In this document: positions 1 to 12,956 of the stretch, one piece after another
How positions within the stretch are numbered: the stretch's first letter is position 1
Layout of the letters: each line of letters starts with the position of its first letter
Source of the DNA: Octopus sinensis
Lineage: Eukaryota
Length of the DNA stretch: 64,000 nt
Assembly: GCF_006345805.1 (NCBI RefSeq)
Contig: NC_043006.1
Span: 80,476,001 to 80,540,000 of the forward strand
Reading direction: 5' to 3'
Program-made: the position numbers and the translations under genes
Notes under the pieces: generated by a model
The model's input: the letters and a program-made list of their open reading frames with translations, nothing else
What the model was told of the DNA's origin: nothing
Database searches by the model: none

Positions 1-142
1 CTTTTTTCTGATTCAGTAAATGCATCAGTCGTCTTTCCCTGTGAATAATTCCAAATAACAAATATTTTATTACGAAAATATTTTTCTTAGTAAACAGCCA
101 TTTTTATTCCACTTAATAGTAAACATCTAGTTTTATTCGATA

Positions 143-175
143 CTAGCAGTATTGCTCGGCGTTGCTCGGGTTTGT
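143..175 (-). mobile_element. Helitron-type 3' terminus (GC hairpin then CTAG|T). The element body extends to higher coordinates; its far boundary was not resolved.
   Basis: The minus strand reads cccgagcaacgccgagcaatactgCTAG|T, the canonical Helitron 3' layout. The hairpin is partly decayed. Confidence 0.55.
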
Positions 176-1436
176 TTTCTTTTCGACCCTTTAGAATTGG
201 AATTTTTTGAAAAGTAAACATTTTGCATTATACAGCTAGTTACGTAAACATTTTCCTGGTTGAAATAGACCAAAAATAGCGACACAGCAGTGGAAAATCG
301 TAAAAAATACGGATTATCATAGAAAAAAAACAACTTTTGACGTAAATAATTTTTGGTCTTAACAGGGTCCCATTTGAATTTTCCCTTTTACGAAATGAAG
401 AGCAAGCCTTCTTCTATGATACTTGCTGTTAGTGGTATAACCCAGTAGTAGTACTGTGTGTGGAATCATCTTTAATAGTCAAGTGACTTAAAAGTGACCT
501 GTTGCTACATGTCTAAATTCAAGAACTGAACTTTTTGGTTAATACCCATATTTGGCTAAATAGTTGTTAAGTATTTTATCTCTCTCTATTTTTTTATATA
601 TAATTTTGCATATATGTTTTACATGTATTTATATATATGTTTATATGTTTTTATTGTTTTATATATTCTTACATATTCTTTCTGTATTTTACCTTTCATT
701 CTGCATTTTTGTCTATTTGTGTATATAGAAGTGTATATGAACATATTTGTGCGTGTATGGGTATATACGTGTGTGTGTGCGTGTGTGCGGGTATGTATAT
801 GTGTACATGCATATGGTTGCATATATATATGTATTGGTATACATCCATGTGTTTCACACGAGAGTGAGTGAGAATATGAACATATAACATGTGCGTATTT
901 AGATGTATATATCAATATAGTTGTGCGAGTATGGGTATGTGCACGCGTGTGCGTGTGGGGGGATATGTATATGTGTACATGTGTATGGTTGCATATATAT
1001 AGACGTGTGTATGAGTGTGCTTTAACGTGTTTCACGCACGTGTTGGTGTGCTTATGCATAGCGGCACATGTACATGGGTGTGCGTGCGGACATGTGTATG
1101 TATATACATGCGCTCATACGCGAATTCTATGATCTTTTTTACCTTTTCACTTCCTCCCCTTCGCGTTTGTTCCCTTTATTTAACGGTCATTCTAATAGCT
1201 CTTTTGTTTGACTTAATAACGTTCATAGTAATTTCCATTTCTTTAACGGTCATTTTCATAGAATAATTTGATTGTCTTAATAACTGACGAGATGCCAGAG
1301 TAGTTTCCAAACCGATATACGAAACGTGGAGTTTAGTTATGGCAACCGATAAATTGTCATATATTATATTACAGATAAATTCCTCCATTTACATATTATC
1401 GAGGTTTCATTCATTCTTTTGTTGTCATACCATTAC

Positions 1437-1493
<57 letters not shown>

Positions 1494-2536
1494 GCCTACA
1501 TATACATACATATATCTAGTAATATATAAAATAGAGATGTACACGTATTCGCTTTTCGCGCGGAAACGGATTCAACAATTGCTTTCATACTTGTGATGCA
1601 TGAATAATTCGACATCGGTCAAATGATAGGCTGTTCATTATTATTGCTTTTTATATTAAACTATTGCTTTTTATATTACACTCACGTCTTTGAAAGATTT
1701 TTAAATGTTTACTTCCGGTTTTCTAGCGTTTGTGACGTTACATATCTCTTTATGTATCTCTCTCTATCCATTTGTTTCTAATTATTTCTAACTCTCTATA
1801 ACATATTTCTCTATTTATATCTCTTGTTTTCACGTTCATTTTTCAGACGTTATTTACAATTTCAATTTTCATACGACATTGTTTAACTTCCATGTTATTG
1901 TTTTCACTGTAAGTCTAAGTTTTCAATTACATATTCCCGCCGCCACGCCAATTTGGATGATCATAACTTTCAGAAAAAAGGATATTTTGTAATAAACCTT
2001 TCTACAAATATGTGATGTGATGTCATGTAGATTCCGGAAATACAAAATTTTGTGGGTAGGAATTTTAGGAGGGAGTAGGGATTTTCTGAAGATTCCACTT
2101 CAATTCGTCTTAACTTTCAAGAAAATTAATATTAATTAATGAAATTCTCTACAAATTTATCTCTGACTATGTAGAAGACATAGGAATTTTTGTAGAAAAC
2201 AATTGGGGGTTACATTTGAGAACTGTTCCCCACTCGGGATTGTTTCGTAACATGTCGTCCATATTTGTTTCATTTTCTCTGTTTTGTGCGTTTGTGCATC
2301 CCTAGTGTTCCACTGAAGCAACAAACAGGCAATGAAGGCAGATGAAGCCCTCCCCAGAAAACTCGTTATGCTAAAAATAACATCTAAATGTCTGGTCCAC
2401 AGAAATATGCTATTAAGATAAATTCTCTATCGCGTACGATTTCTTTTCACTTAAAATATATTCCCAGGCAAACATTTCTAATAGAAAGGCAGAAGACACT
2501 CGCAGCAAAAATAAGGAATATACACGCTTGACAGGG

Positions 2537-2742
2537 GTCAAACAAAGTAACTGTCTAATTTATCGTTGTTAATTGTCCTGCAGCTATAATTTGTTGATGA
2601 TGTTCCATGTTCAATTATAGTCTCGCTGATCACATCTGAACAACATTCATTATATAGATAACAATATTGATGACAAAAACACCTGTGCAAACTTTCTATA
2701 TCGCTTTCAATTTTGTAATATATTCTGGAAATAATGTAACAT
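2537..2742 (-). pseudogene. GPCR paralogue C, 5' fragment (start codon plus SMB-like domain only), copy 1
   Basis: The minus strand gives MLHYFQNILQ, then a deletion, then ESLHRCFCHQYCYLYNECCSDVISETIIEHG...YSCRTIN.DKLDSYF. This is homologous to the N-termini of A and B. The upstream motif gagacataaatacttttaaa-tatagg is shared with A. Confidence 0.85.
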
Positions 2743-2814
2743 CCTAAATATTAGTGTTACATTTTATGCAGCAACCTATATTTTAAAAGTATTTATGTCT
2801 CGATCGATTTGCCT

Positions 2815-2901
2815 AGTACTTATCCTATCGGTCCCGTTTGCTGAACCGCTAGGTTACAAGGACGTAAACACACCAAAATCGGTTGTCAAGAGATGTTGGG
2901 G
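2815..2901 (-). mobile_element. SINE body fragment (family I recall from octopus genomes)
   Basis: agtacttatcctatcggtcccgtttgctgaaccgctaggttacaaggacgtaaacacacc...ggttgtcaag followed by a CA-rich tract. Recognition is from memory, not from a database search. Confidence 0.5.
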
Positions 2902-4804
2902 AACATAACACACATATAATGAATGTCATGGTGTGTGGATCAACACAAACACACGTTTGCTATCTCTGGCATATACACACACATAGTCTTCGTTCTATCT
3001 CTCTTTATCATACTCTAAGAAAAAGGTCCACTTTTTGACGCAGACACACACACACACAGAAACACACTGACATAGAGAAACAGGCAGGTTGGTGTAAAAT
3101 GAAGGAGATCCAGCAGTTAGTTTTAGCAGGTCAAAGCACCAAATTGTGGATCCCAGTGTTGCTTTGACTCCATCTTTTTTTCAGTGAATCGAATTGGAGC
3201 TTCAGATATTTTCAGATTATTTATCTTAATATTGAATCATTATAAACATTCTGATTTGTACAATTATCAATAATATTTACTTAAGTAACTTACAATTAAT
3301 GTTCTGCTATCCAACGTTTATTTTACAGTCATTCATCCTACTATATGTTTGTGTTTGATTTCTATTTATGTGAAATATTGTGGGAAAATGATAGAGGGAA
3401 GTTGGGAGAGAAACAGTTGCAATCATCGTGGCTTGCATTCGCCCGCAAAGGAGTAGAGGTTGCCTAAATTTACTGGAGTATCGTGGATAGATGGTGGGAT
3501 CAACAATGGATAGACAGATCCGAGCACAGCGTTTGCTTGGCCAATAATTAGCAAAATTCATATAGACACTGCACCATCCACACTGAAACATTGAATGTAA
3601 GTTTTAACGTTGCATATGTGGAGGTAAAATATCTAAACGTATAACTCTTCAAAATTACCGTCTTGCTGTCTCAGACGAATTACATCTTGTAGAGGTACCT
3701 ATTTATATATATATTTCGTACAGAATTGTTTAGCCATGTGAAAAATTTAAATCAGATTAAGATCACTTTGTCAGACATCTCATGATACCTGTTAACCTTC
3801 TATTCGGCGCGAGAGTAAATGAATGAAATATGACATTGACTTTGAAATGTATACTTTTCATTTCGTGAGGTTGTAAATTCTAGAGCTTCCAAGAAAAATC
3901 ATTGAGGTATTTTCCCCGAGACTACGTTTCCAGTCGAAGTCAATATGACTTTAATCCCTTTGGATCCAATTATCTGCATCCCTCAAAATTCCGGATATTG
4001 TGCCTATATTAAACCCATTCTGTTACTTTTAATAGTTTTCTCTCTACAAACGTATGAAACGTCATACCTTTTCATAACGTTTACTTTGCTAATTCTCCGA
4101 TAAATTAGCCGTAAGCTGGCGAGAAATATTAGCTTACCACAACTAGATTCAGTGTTATTGTGTAACTGAATGAGTTTTTAGTTGTTTTGTAAATATATTA
4201 GAGTAGGACTGGCTGGTTTAGTGTATTCTTAATCAGTAAATGAAGACGAATTTTTTATATATTTCGGCCGACAATAAAGCCACTGTTTTTCGGATGTTAG
4301 AAATACCACCACCATCATCAACATGAATACCACCACTACCACCACCATCACCACCATGAAGTCAACGGATTTAGGTAGTCTATTACTACCAACTAAGTTT
4401 CCTCTTTCTTACTGCACTTCAATTAGTAGTATGATATCCATCTGCAATAGGTCAGCTGTACCTCTGATTTCCTTTTCTATCCAAGGTCTTGATTTTTGTC
4501 ATGCGGCCTGTCCGAATGTGCAAGAATAAAGACAAAACATAAACCCTCTTCATCAAGTAACCTCGGTGGGGTCGCAGGTTAAGATTGTATTACATTGTAT
4601 TACGACTACTAGAAGATTTAGTCTTGACATACCTCAATTCAATGACGATTTTATTCTCTTTTCTCAGGGGATTCGTACATAAAGTAGAAACTATACACTT
4701 TCATTTAGTGATTTTTCACCATATCTGACATCACCAGGTGGAATAGATCAGCATGTAGAGATGTGGTTGCCTTTTCAATGACTCAGTTCCAGGATCCTTG
4801 TTCA

Positions 4805-4960
4805 ATGAGAGAGAGAAAGAGAGAGAGAGAGTGAGAGAGAGAGAGAGAGTGAGTGTGTGTGTGTATGAGTATGTGTGTCTGTTGAGTGTGAGGGAGAGAG
4901 AAAGGGAAGAGTGTGACTGTGAATGTATACTTGCACGAGAATGAGAGAGGGAGAGGGAGA
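4805..4960. repeat. (GA)n/(GT)n compound microsatellite
   Basis: Directly visible; second copy at ~35505-35665. Confidence 0.9.
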
Positions 4961-6722
4961 GTGAGATGATTTTATCGCATAAACAGTGGGGTTATTTCAC
5001 TGAATCTTTCCGGTTATATCACTCATTCTCATAACCTTCATCGTTAAAATAGATCCATCAAACATATTCAATGACATATTTCTTTACTGTATTTCTTTTG
5101 TTAGAGTTAAGAATTAATTCGAAATTTTTCTTTTTTTACCATTCAAGATGCGTTTTGCTAATAATTCGTGACTGCTTTCCGTTCCATAAATTTCATGCAG
5201 TAATTGATCTACCTATATTGGCCCCTCCACCCGATGGAGAAAGGCTCTGGCCACAGGAAGAGAGGTGGGTCATTATCGGGTGCGAAGCAGCGGTGAAAGT
5301 CGTGCGCTTTGACAGGCGCCGACGCAGCCAATGCGCAAAGCATTGATTCATAGGGACTGAACATTCTAGTAACATCAACCGCACTTCAAAGACTTACACT
5401 TCAGAAACTCAGAGGAGATATCAACAGCGATTAAAAATATCTTCACTCATTAATTATTAAGGAAAAAATCACATTGTCTATAATACATAGTACATAAGAT
5501 TACTATGTGGATTTCTCATTTTTGGACTGAATACAGACCTTAGTCCGGAGATGTACTCGCATGGGAAAAATTTAATTGAAACTGTACGTTGAAGCTAAAA
5601 CAGTTAAATTAATAATTAAAAAGAACATTAAAAAACACAACTACTTAAACATTTCTTAGTTTTATTGTAGTATGTACGACCTAGTCACAGACATCGAATC
5701 ACTGCCACACATTGACTTTGGGAAACGGAATTACTGAGGATGTATGTAACTTTTGAAATTACATTGCTCAAAAATAGAAGCAGATTTTAACCAGGAATTA
5801 TAAAGATGTCACCTTCCCGTATGGCTAGAATGACAGAGGTAATATGTTTTGTGAATAGTAAGAGAAGCCCGAATAATATTGTTACATTATTTATTCCACA
5901 TAAGATTTATATAATACATGAGATTTTATATGACTTTAACGCGGATTTTTGTAACCTGAGAGGGCATCTACTCTAGCTGGTTAACGATACACAGCTACAT
6001 CGAAATGACAGCCATGCTGAAGTGGCTACGAATATAACTTGTTAATACAACTACTACATTTATCTCTTGGAAAAAATAAAACTAGCAGTTTTGCTTGTTG
6101 CAAAATCATCGACTGTTTTTCGCTTGAATTTATATATATTGCGAGTAGAAGCGAGCTGCTACCTTTAACAGACGAGGTGCCCAATATTGAAGAGACGCAA
6201 ACCAGGCTGCTCTACTGCTCGCGTCGCAAGAATCTCGTAGGGGTTCGCTCCCCTGCTGGAAATATATCTGATGCAGCTGTGCATCATTAATCAACAAGAA
6301 GGAGGTCTTCTGGTGATTAAAAATCGCAGTAAGATCCGTTCGAACGGACGTCCATGTTGAAATAGCTGTGAACGTTACGTTTTCGTACAGCTATTTCGTT
6401 GATCTCTTAGTCTTTTTTTCTGATATATGTATATATATTTGGAAAAACACTAGAGATCTATACATATCAGATTTTTGATATGTAAAATATGGAAAGAGAT
6501 ATTACGAAAGAGTTTATGAAACGGATTTTAAAAATATATAAAGAAAATGTAGAATATATATATATAATCCGTTCCGCAGTTCTCCAATAATGTTGCAAAT
6601 ACACAAACAGACAAAGACGAATGATAATATCCGGCTTTTGCTTACGCGAGCAAGGTAATAAAAACAAATATAACCGTACGCATAAACTGAAAACCACACA
6701 CAAACACAGATACAGACTCAAA

Positions 6723-6754
6723 CGCACACACACACACACACACATATATGCATA

Positions 6755-6823
<69 letters not shown>
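6723..6823. repeat. (CA)n(TA)n microsatellite
   Basis: Directly visible; the copy at ~37425-37513 differs in length. Confidence 0.9.
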
Positions 6824-6826
<3 letters not shown>

Positions 6827-8001
6827 AAAAAATGAAAACATGGATGGCTTGAAAATAGTCTAAATATTTATACGTCATATTTGTTCTGGATTATGACAAA
6901 AGCATTTGGACATTAAAGAATGTAATTGGTAGATATTGTCTATACAAATAATATTATAATAAATAGTATGATAGAATGAAATAAAAATGAAAAAAAAGTG
7001 ATGTTATAGGATATAGTAAAATAGAGAGTAAAAGGTAAACTGGAAAGAAAATTATAGTTATGAGGAAATAATAAGATGATAGAATATATAATAACTATTT
7101 CTCTGTACATAAAACCCATACTCTGTGTGTGTGTGTCTGTGTGTGTGTGTAAACCAGCATAACGTCTGAAGTTTTCAAATGATCTTCTTCAAACTGGGAG
7201 CATGCACCTCTTATGTTACAGAGATGTTTTCTATACTTTTAAAATGTTTCACATCATAAATAATGGGGTCAGTAACCACCTTCCTGGGGCAAGTATGACT
7301 ACTGTGGAGAAGGGGGCGGGATAACTGATTGCAAGGTAACTTTTCTTAAAATTTGCTAAGATATTGATATTAATTTTTTTTATTGAGATATCCTTATTAA
7401 CTTGTAATTGTCATATTTCTTGATATAATGTCTTCAAAGGAGTGATCATCTATTGCTCAAAAATGGTGGTGGCAGAGAAATTGAAAAGAAAGTGAGCAAA
7501 AGAATCATCGTTTGAGACTTCAATTAGACAATCCCAGAACGCTGCATGTACAGCTACTGCAAGAGCAATGGAAATAGATGAGAACAGTGTTCGCCTGGCC
7601 ACGAATGCTGCATTAATAATTTCACCCAATACCTACCCCTTTATCACGTCAGAACTTTCATGAATATTTATCTCTTGTGTTGCTGTTTAGCGCGCTCACA
7701 GGCTTTATTTATCACATAGAGGTAGATACTATGTCTGATGATTGTTCAGCGTGGTAGCTGCAACGCCCACAGCCGCAAAGGAGAGTGTATCCAATAAGAG
7801 TTTTTGGGGCCTTCAAAAATCACACCTCCACACACATTTTCTATGACAACGTTAGTGACTGGAAACCTCCAAACAGACGCATGACATGTCACTTAGTCGA
7901 ATTAGTCCTTCATTTACTCCAGAAAAGTTTAGTGAATGCTGTACATCCCCGTGTCATGTTTGAACCTAACTGTACCATACGTACAAACTATACCATTTAA
8001 A

Positions 8002-8030
8002 GCCCGAGCAACGTGGGTATGTCTTCTAGT
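8002..8030 (+). mobile_element. Helitron-type 3' terminus
   Basis: gcccgagcaacgtgggtatgtcttCTAG|T carries the same hairpin motif as the end at 143-175, in the opposite orientation. Confidence 0.5.
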
Positions 8031-9106
8031 AATTGAATAAATGTTTATAACGTTACGAGATGAATAAAAGGATAGGACAAATAAGAAAACAGAAAGCAGT
8101 AAAATATAAATTTCCAAGCCACGATTTCAAGCGAATAGAATAGATAAACCCAACCGTAGTCGCAAATTCATTCATATTGTAAATTAAAAAATTATGATGT
8201 ATAAAAAAGTATTTATACATATTGCATACCACATGAGGGATATTCGTACATAATGCATAAAATAGTTCTTATGATAGGTTATAAACAATCATATATAAAT
8301 AAAAAATATATAGTATATAAAATATGAATATCAATATAAATGAACTTGTTTAATATAAATTCAAAGTACTTATTAATCGTATATACGTATAATAGTGTAT
8401 ACTTCAGTGTATATACCATTAAAGCATACTTGCGAAGTTCTTAAAGCAATATGATAAAAAGTATGGGATGTATAGAAACTTTATATTTATAAAAATTTCA
8501 GGTTAAAGAAACCCATCATTAAGATCAATGATATAAAAAATCGGATCAGTATTAATTAGATTATAGCGCGTACAGATCAAGTGTTAATTTACTTTTAGTT
8601 AATACAGTTATAAGATCAGGATTAATGGGTACGATAAGATCAAAATATAATGAAATGTAATAAAATATAATAAAAGTATGGTACGAGGACAAGAGTGTTG
8701 GCAATCTATTGCAATATTATAGACACGTTTAAGTACCATTTAAAACAGGTATAAAATAGTTTTAAAAGTTATATAAGTGTAACCAAAATATAACTAAAAT
8801 GACGAAGGATCATTTGGGGGCTTGGAGGTTAGGAAGCCTATTACTATATAACCGCATTGATGATTCTACAACAGAGACCGAGGTAGAATGTAAAAACTAA
8901 GTTTAGTGGTGAATAGGATATATAAAACAGGGGCTAGAGGATTATGCAATACGTTAAAATTATCTGAAGTTTCGGAGGATTTTGCGAATGCACGAAAATC
9001 GAAAATCAAATTTATTAATAATTAAAGTATCATTGTTCCCATTTATCAATATTTCATAGAGCTTCATATAATAGAGTCATAACACATATCTACTGCTAAA
9101 TGTACC

Positions 9107-9172
<66 letters not shown>

Positions 9173-9321
9173 TATATACATATATATATATATATGTATA
9201 TACCTATATATACATAAATATATATATATATATATATATGTATTAATATATACATACGTATATAAATGTATATACATATATATATATGTATATATATGTA
9301 CATATGTATACATGTATAGAT

Positions 9322-9375
<54 letters not shown>

Positions 9376-9409
9376 GTATATATATGTACATATGTATACA
9401 TGTATAGAT

Positions 9410-9466
<57 letters not shown>
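9107..9466. repeat. Compound TA/CA microsatellite with an ~88-bp higher-order unit (2 copies)
   Basis: The unit atgtatatatatgtacatatgtatacatgtatagata(CA)n(TA)n starts at 9286 and 9374. Confidence 0.85.
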
Positions 9467-9467
<1 letters not shown>

Positions 9468-10789
9468 TTCTCGTCCCAGCTCAGAGCTGCGGCCATGCTG
9501 ACGCACCGCCGTTTTGTGCTACACTGTTATTGCGACGAACCTCGTCTAATATGTGGCACTTGGTGAAGAATGGAGTTTGATATAGCTACTCTCATTTGCA
9601 CCTCTTGCCGTGAGGTAGGTTCATCTGGGACTCTTGACAGGAAGATGTCCAGCTTTGATTTAAAAACCGCTACATCTACTTTGTGCAAGTTCCTCAGACT
9701 CTTTGGGGGAATATTAAAAGGCTGTGGGCCCGTGAAACCCAGGCTGTTGCAGGAGCTGCTCCTGAAGCGTGATGGCATTGCTGGGATCTTTGGCACTATG
9801 CAGTGTCGTCCCGTTCTAGCATTGGTGTAGCTTACAATGCCAAAATTTGGCACAATTCCTTCCAGGATCTTCCAGACATATATTACTGCATACCTCTCCC
9901 GTCTTCTCTCCATGGAGTAGAGTCTTAGCTGTTTCAACCTTTCCCAGTAGCTGAGCTGTTGCAAAGAGACGATCTTCTTTGTGAATCTTCTCTGGATTGC
10001 TTCAAAGTCCGCTGTTAATTTTACACTGGTGGCTGACCATAGCTGTGAGCAGTAATCCAGGCGACTGAGGACGAATGTCCGCCAGAGGACCATCATGGTT
10101 TCCTTATCTCTGGTTCTGAATGTTCTTAGGATCCACCTAGCCAGTCGTCTGCACTTTGTCGCCATCCTGGTAATGTGCACTTGGAAAGAGGTATCATCAC
10201 TCATGTCGATACCCAGGTCCCTAACAGACTTAGGCTCTGCGATTGAAATTCCCTGTGGACCGGTGTATCCTGTAAGTTTAATATTCAGTTTTGGATAATG
10301 GTAGCGCAGGGCCTGGAATTTTTCAGCATTAAACTGCATATTATTATCCTCAGCCCATCTGTAGATTGAGTCCAACTCCTGCTGCAGGTGTGCAACATCG
10401 CTGGGGTTCTGTAGTTTCTGCGAGACTTTCGTATCGTCTGCATAGCTGACCAGAGTGGCTATCCGGCATTTGAGGGCATATCTGAGAGGGCCACTATAAA
10501 AAGCAGTGGTCCCAAGACAGTGCCCTGTGGAACACCGCTCACTATTTGTGTGTTCATAGAGGTGGCTCCATTAACCACTACTGCCTGACTCCTATCTTTC
10601 AGGAAGTCATGCAACTACACTCCAAGTTTTCCAGCTATGCCGAGGTCACGTAGTTTGTGGCATATCATACCATGATCCACCTTGTTAAAAGCTTTGCACA
10701 ATCAAGTTAGATTAGGTCCACATTTGATTTGTTGAGTAACTGCTTCAACACCCAATCATAATAATGTAAGAGCTGGGTCAGGCAGCCCC

Positions 10790-10792
<3 letters not shown>
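9467..10792 (-). mobile_element. CR1/L2-group LINE, 5'-truncated; reverse transcriptase C-terminal half, frameshifted
   Basis: The minus strand encodes GVPQGTVLGPLLF, then YADD (10433-10444), VRDLG, SRLDYCSQLWS and YSMERRRERY (282-aa ORF 9527-10375). There is a frameshift near 10465, and (TA)n flanks both ends. Confidence 0.9.
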
Positions 10793-10825
<33 letters not shown>

Positions 10826-11057
10826 TAAATTAGAGATAAACCCACTATTAGGCAAATCAAACAGAGAAAAATATAAACCAAAACATAGAAATAAATTAAT
10901 ATAATATAGAAAATATGTAAAATATAAAATTCAAAATTTAAATTATTTAAATTTAAAGTTAAAAATTAAAGAAAAAATTTTAATTAATAATTTATACTTA
11001 TAATCATTTATATATATATATAAATATATAATACATAACTATTTTTTTTATCTTTTA

Positions 11058-11088
<31 letters not shown>

Positions 11089-11180
11089 TTTTGTATATTA
11101 AATATATATAAATATCAAAAAGTATTAAAAAGTTTAATATAATATTTATAAATATATATATATATATATATACATACATG

Positions 11181-11268
<88 letters not shown>

Positions 11269-11409
11269 CCTCATTGATATCACTGATAGTATTGTTTTTA
11301 TGCGTAGTAACAGCAGTGGTTGAAGCAACAGTTGTAGGTATGGGGTAAATGGCAAGGGTGGTAGTTGGGACTCAGATTCCTATGCTATCATAATAGTAGT
11401 ATTATGGGA

Positions 11410-11461
11410 TTACACAAAATAATTGAAACACCTTAAAATTTCAGACAAATTGATTTTAATA
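11410..11461 (+). mobile_element. Solo Tc1/mariner terminal-repeat fragment
   Basis: 52 bp matching 14138-14189 (ttacacaaaataattgaaacaccttaaaatttc..acaaattgattttaata) with 2 mismatches. Confidence 0.7.
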
Positions 11462-11488
11462 CATCTATATGTAAACACACAGACACAT

Positions 11489-11551
<63 letters not shown>

Positions 11552-12572
11552 AATATATATATACAAAATAAGAAAATGGAGAAATACATATAAATCAAAT
11601 ATCAATTACCAGATAATACTCAATCACATACTTTATTAAACCACCACATAACAAACTATAAGGTTAAACATAAAAATTAGAGCAAAACAGTGTACATAAA
11701 GGATATACATAAAAAAGTGTACATAAAGGAGTAATGTTATACAATAAGTAGAATATATATAAGAGAATATAAATATAAGTAAATATAAATATAAATATAG
11801 ATTACATCTTACAGCTGTTTCGGCCATGTAGATAAATATGTCTCATTTTACTTATATTAGCCTTTTATGGTAGGTCAATATGTAGTTATAAATAAGACAT
11901 TGACAAAAATATCATAAGGCCTCTTCGGAGATTATGTGATATAAATCAGTCTATATATATACCTATAGGGGTGCGGGTACATACCTATAATACATCATAT
12001 GCATATACATAGGAGTGCATATACTCACACTCTTATACATATAAATACATACATATACATAATGATATAAATAATATAAATTAGTAAACATACATATGTT
12101 CCACATTCAATGTTACAGTTTTTCTACTTAATATAGTGATAATAAACATACACATATCAATACTGTGATAATAAACATACACATATTAATACCTAAATGC
12201 AGATATACAGAGTCAATAGTACATTATATTAATTCCTACTAATTTCTAAAGTGTCATTAAAGTTAGCATCATTATCATTGTCAGTACCATTAATGCTACC
12301 AATATCATCATTTATATTATTATTAATAACGCTAATACTAGAAAAACAATTTATAGATTCCATTATTAGCAATATAGTCACAATAGTACTACAATACCAT
12401 GTAAAGTGTTAAATATCCGCATATACATACGAAGTATGAAGTACAAGCATTCTGTTTACACTACGTAAGGATCCATAGTTGCACATATGTACGTCCGACT
12501 TCAAGTTTAATGTTCCTTACGACATAAATACAACATTGGATTTGAATTTAAATTACAACCCCTATCTCAATT

Positions 12573-12620
<48 letters not shown>

Positions 12621-12917
12621 TAATAATAATAACATTAGGGAGTAAATCCAAACTTACTGGGAAAAATTAGATTTAAGATTAAATCCAGTTTTATAGCATA
12701 AATATAAATATATATATATTATATTAAATAAGAGATAAAACCACTAATAGGCAAATCAAACAGTGAAAATCGTAAACCAATACACAGAAATAAATTTAAT
12801 TAATAAAAAATATATAAAATATAAAATTCAAAATTTAAAATATTTTAATTAAAGTTAAAATTAAAAAAAAATTATTTAAATTAATAATTTATACTTATAA
12901 GTTTTTAAATATATACT

Positions 12918-12956
<39 letters not shown>

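Noticed and set aside
7785-8000. 71-aa ORF as a Helitron helicase C-terminus (YPIRV..., NAVHPRV)
   Set aside because: Only a few residues resemble the helicase motifs and the spacing does not fit. It is not supportable without a profile search.
9286-9466. CRISPR-like array from regularly spaced repeats
   Set aside because: The context is eukaryotic, the repeats are low-complexity and contiguous with no unique spacers, and there are no cas genes.
9077-9506. Long YIYIYI/THTHT/CVCVC ORFs here and at 614-1132, 6467-6878, 27479-27901, 39786-40358 and 58021-58388
   Set aside because: They are translations of TA/CA microsatellites, not coding sequence.
9527-10375. 282-aa ORF as a host gene
   Set aside because: It is the C-terminal part of a LINE reverse transcriptase, 5'-truncated and frameshifted upstream of YADD.
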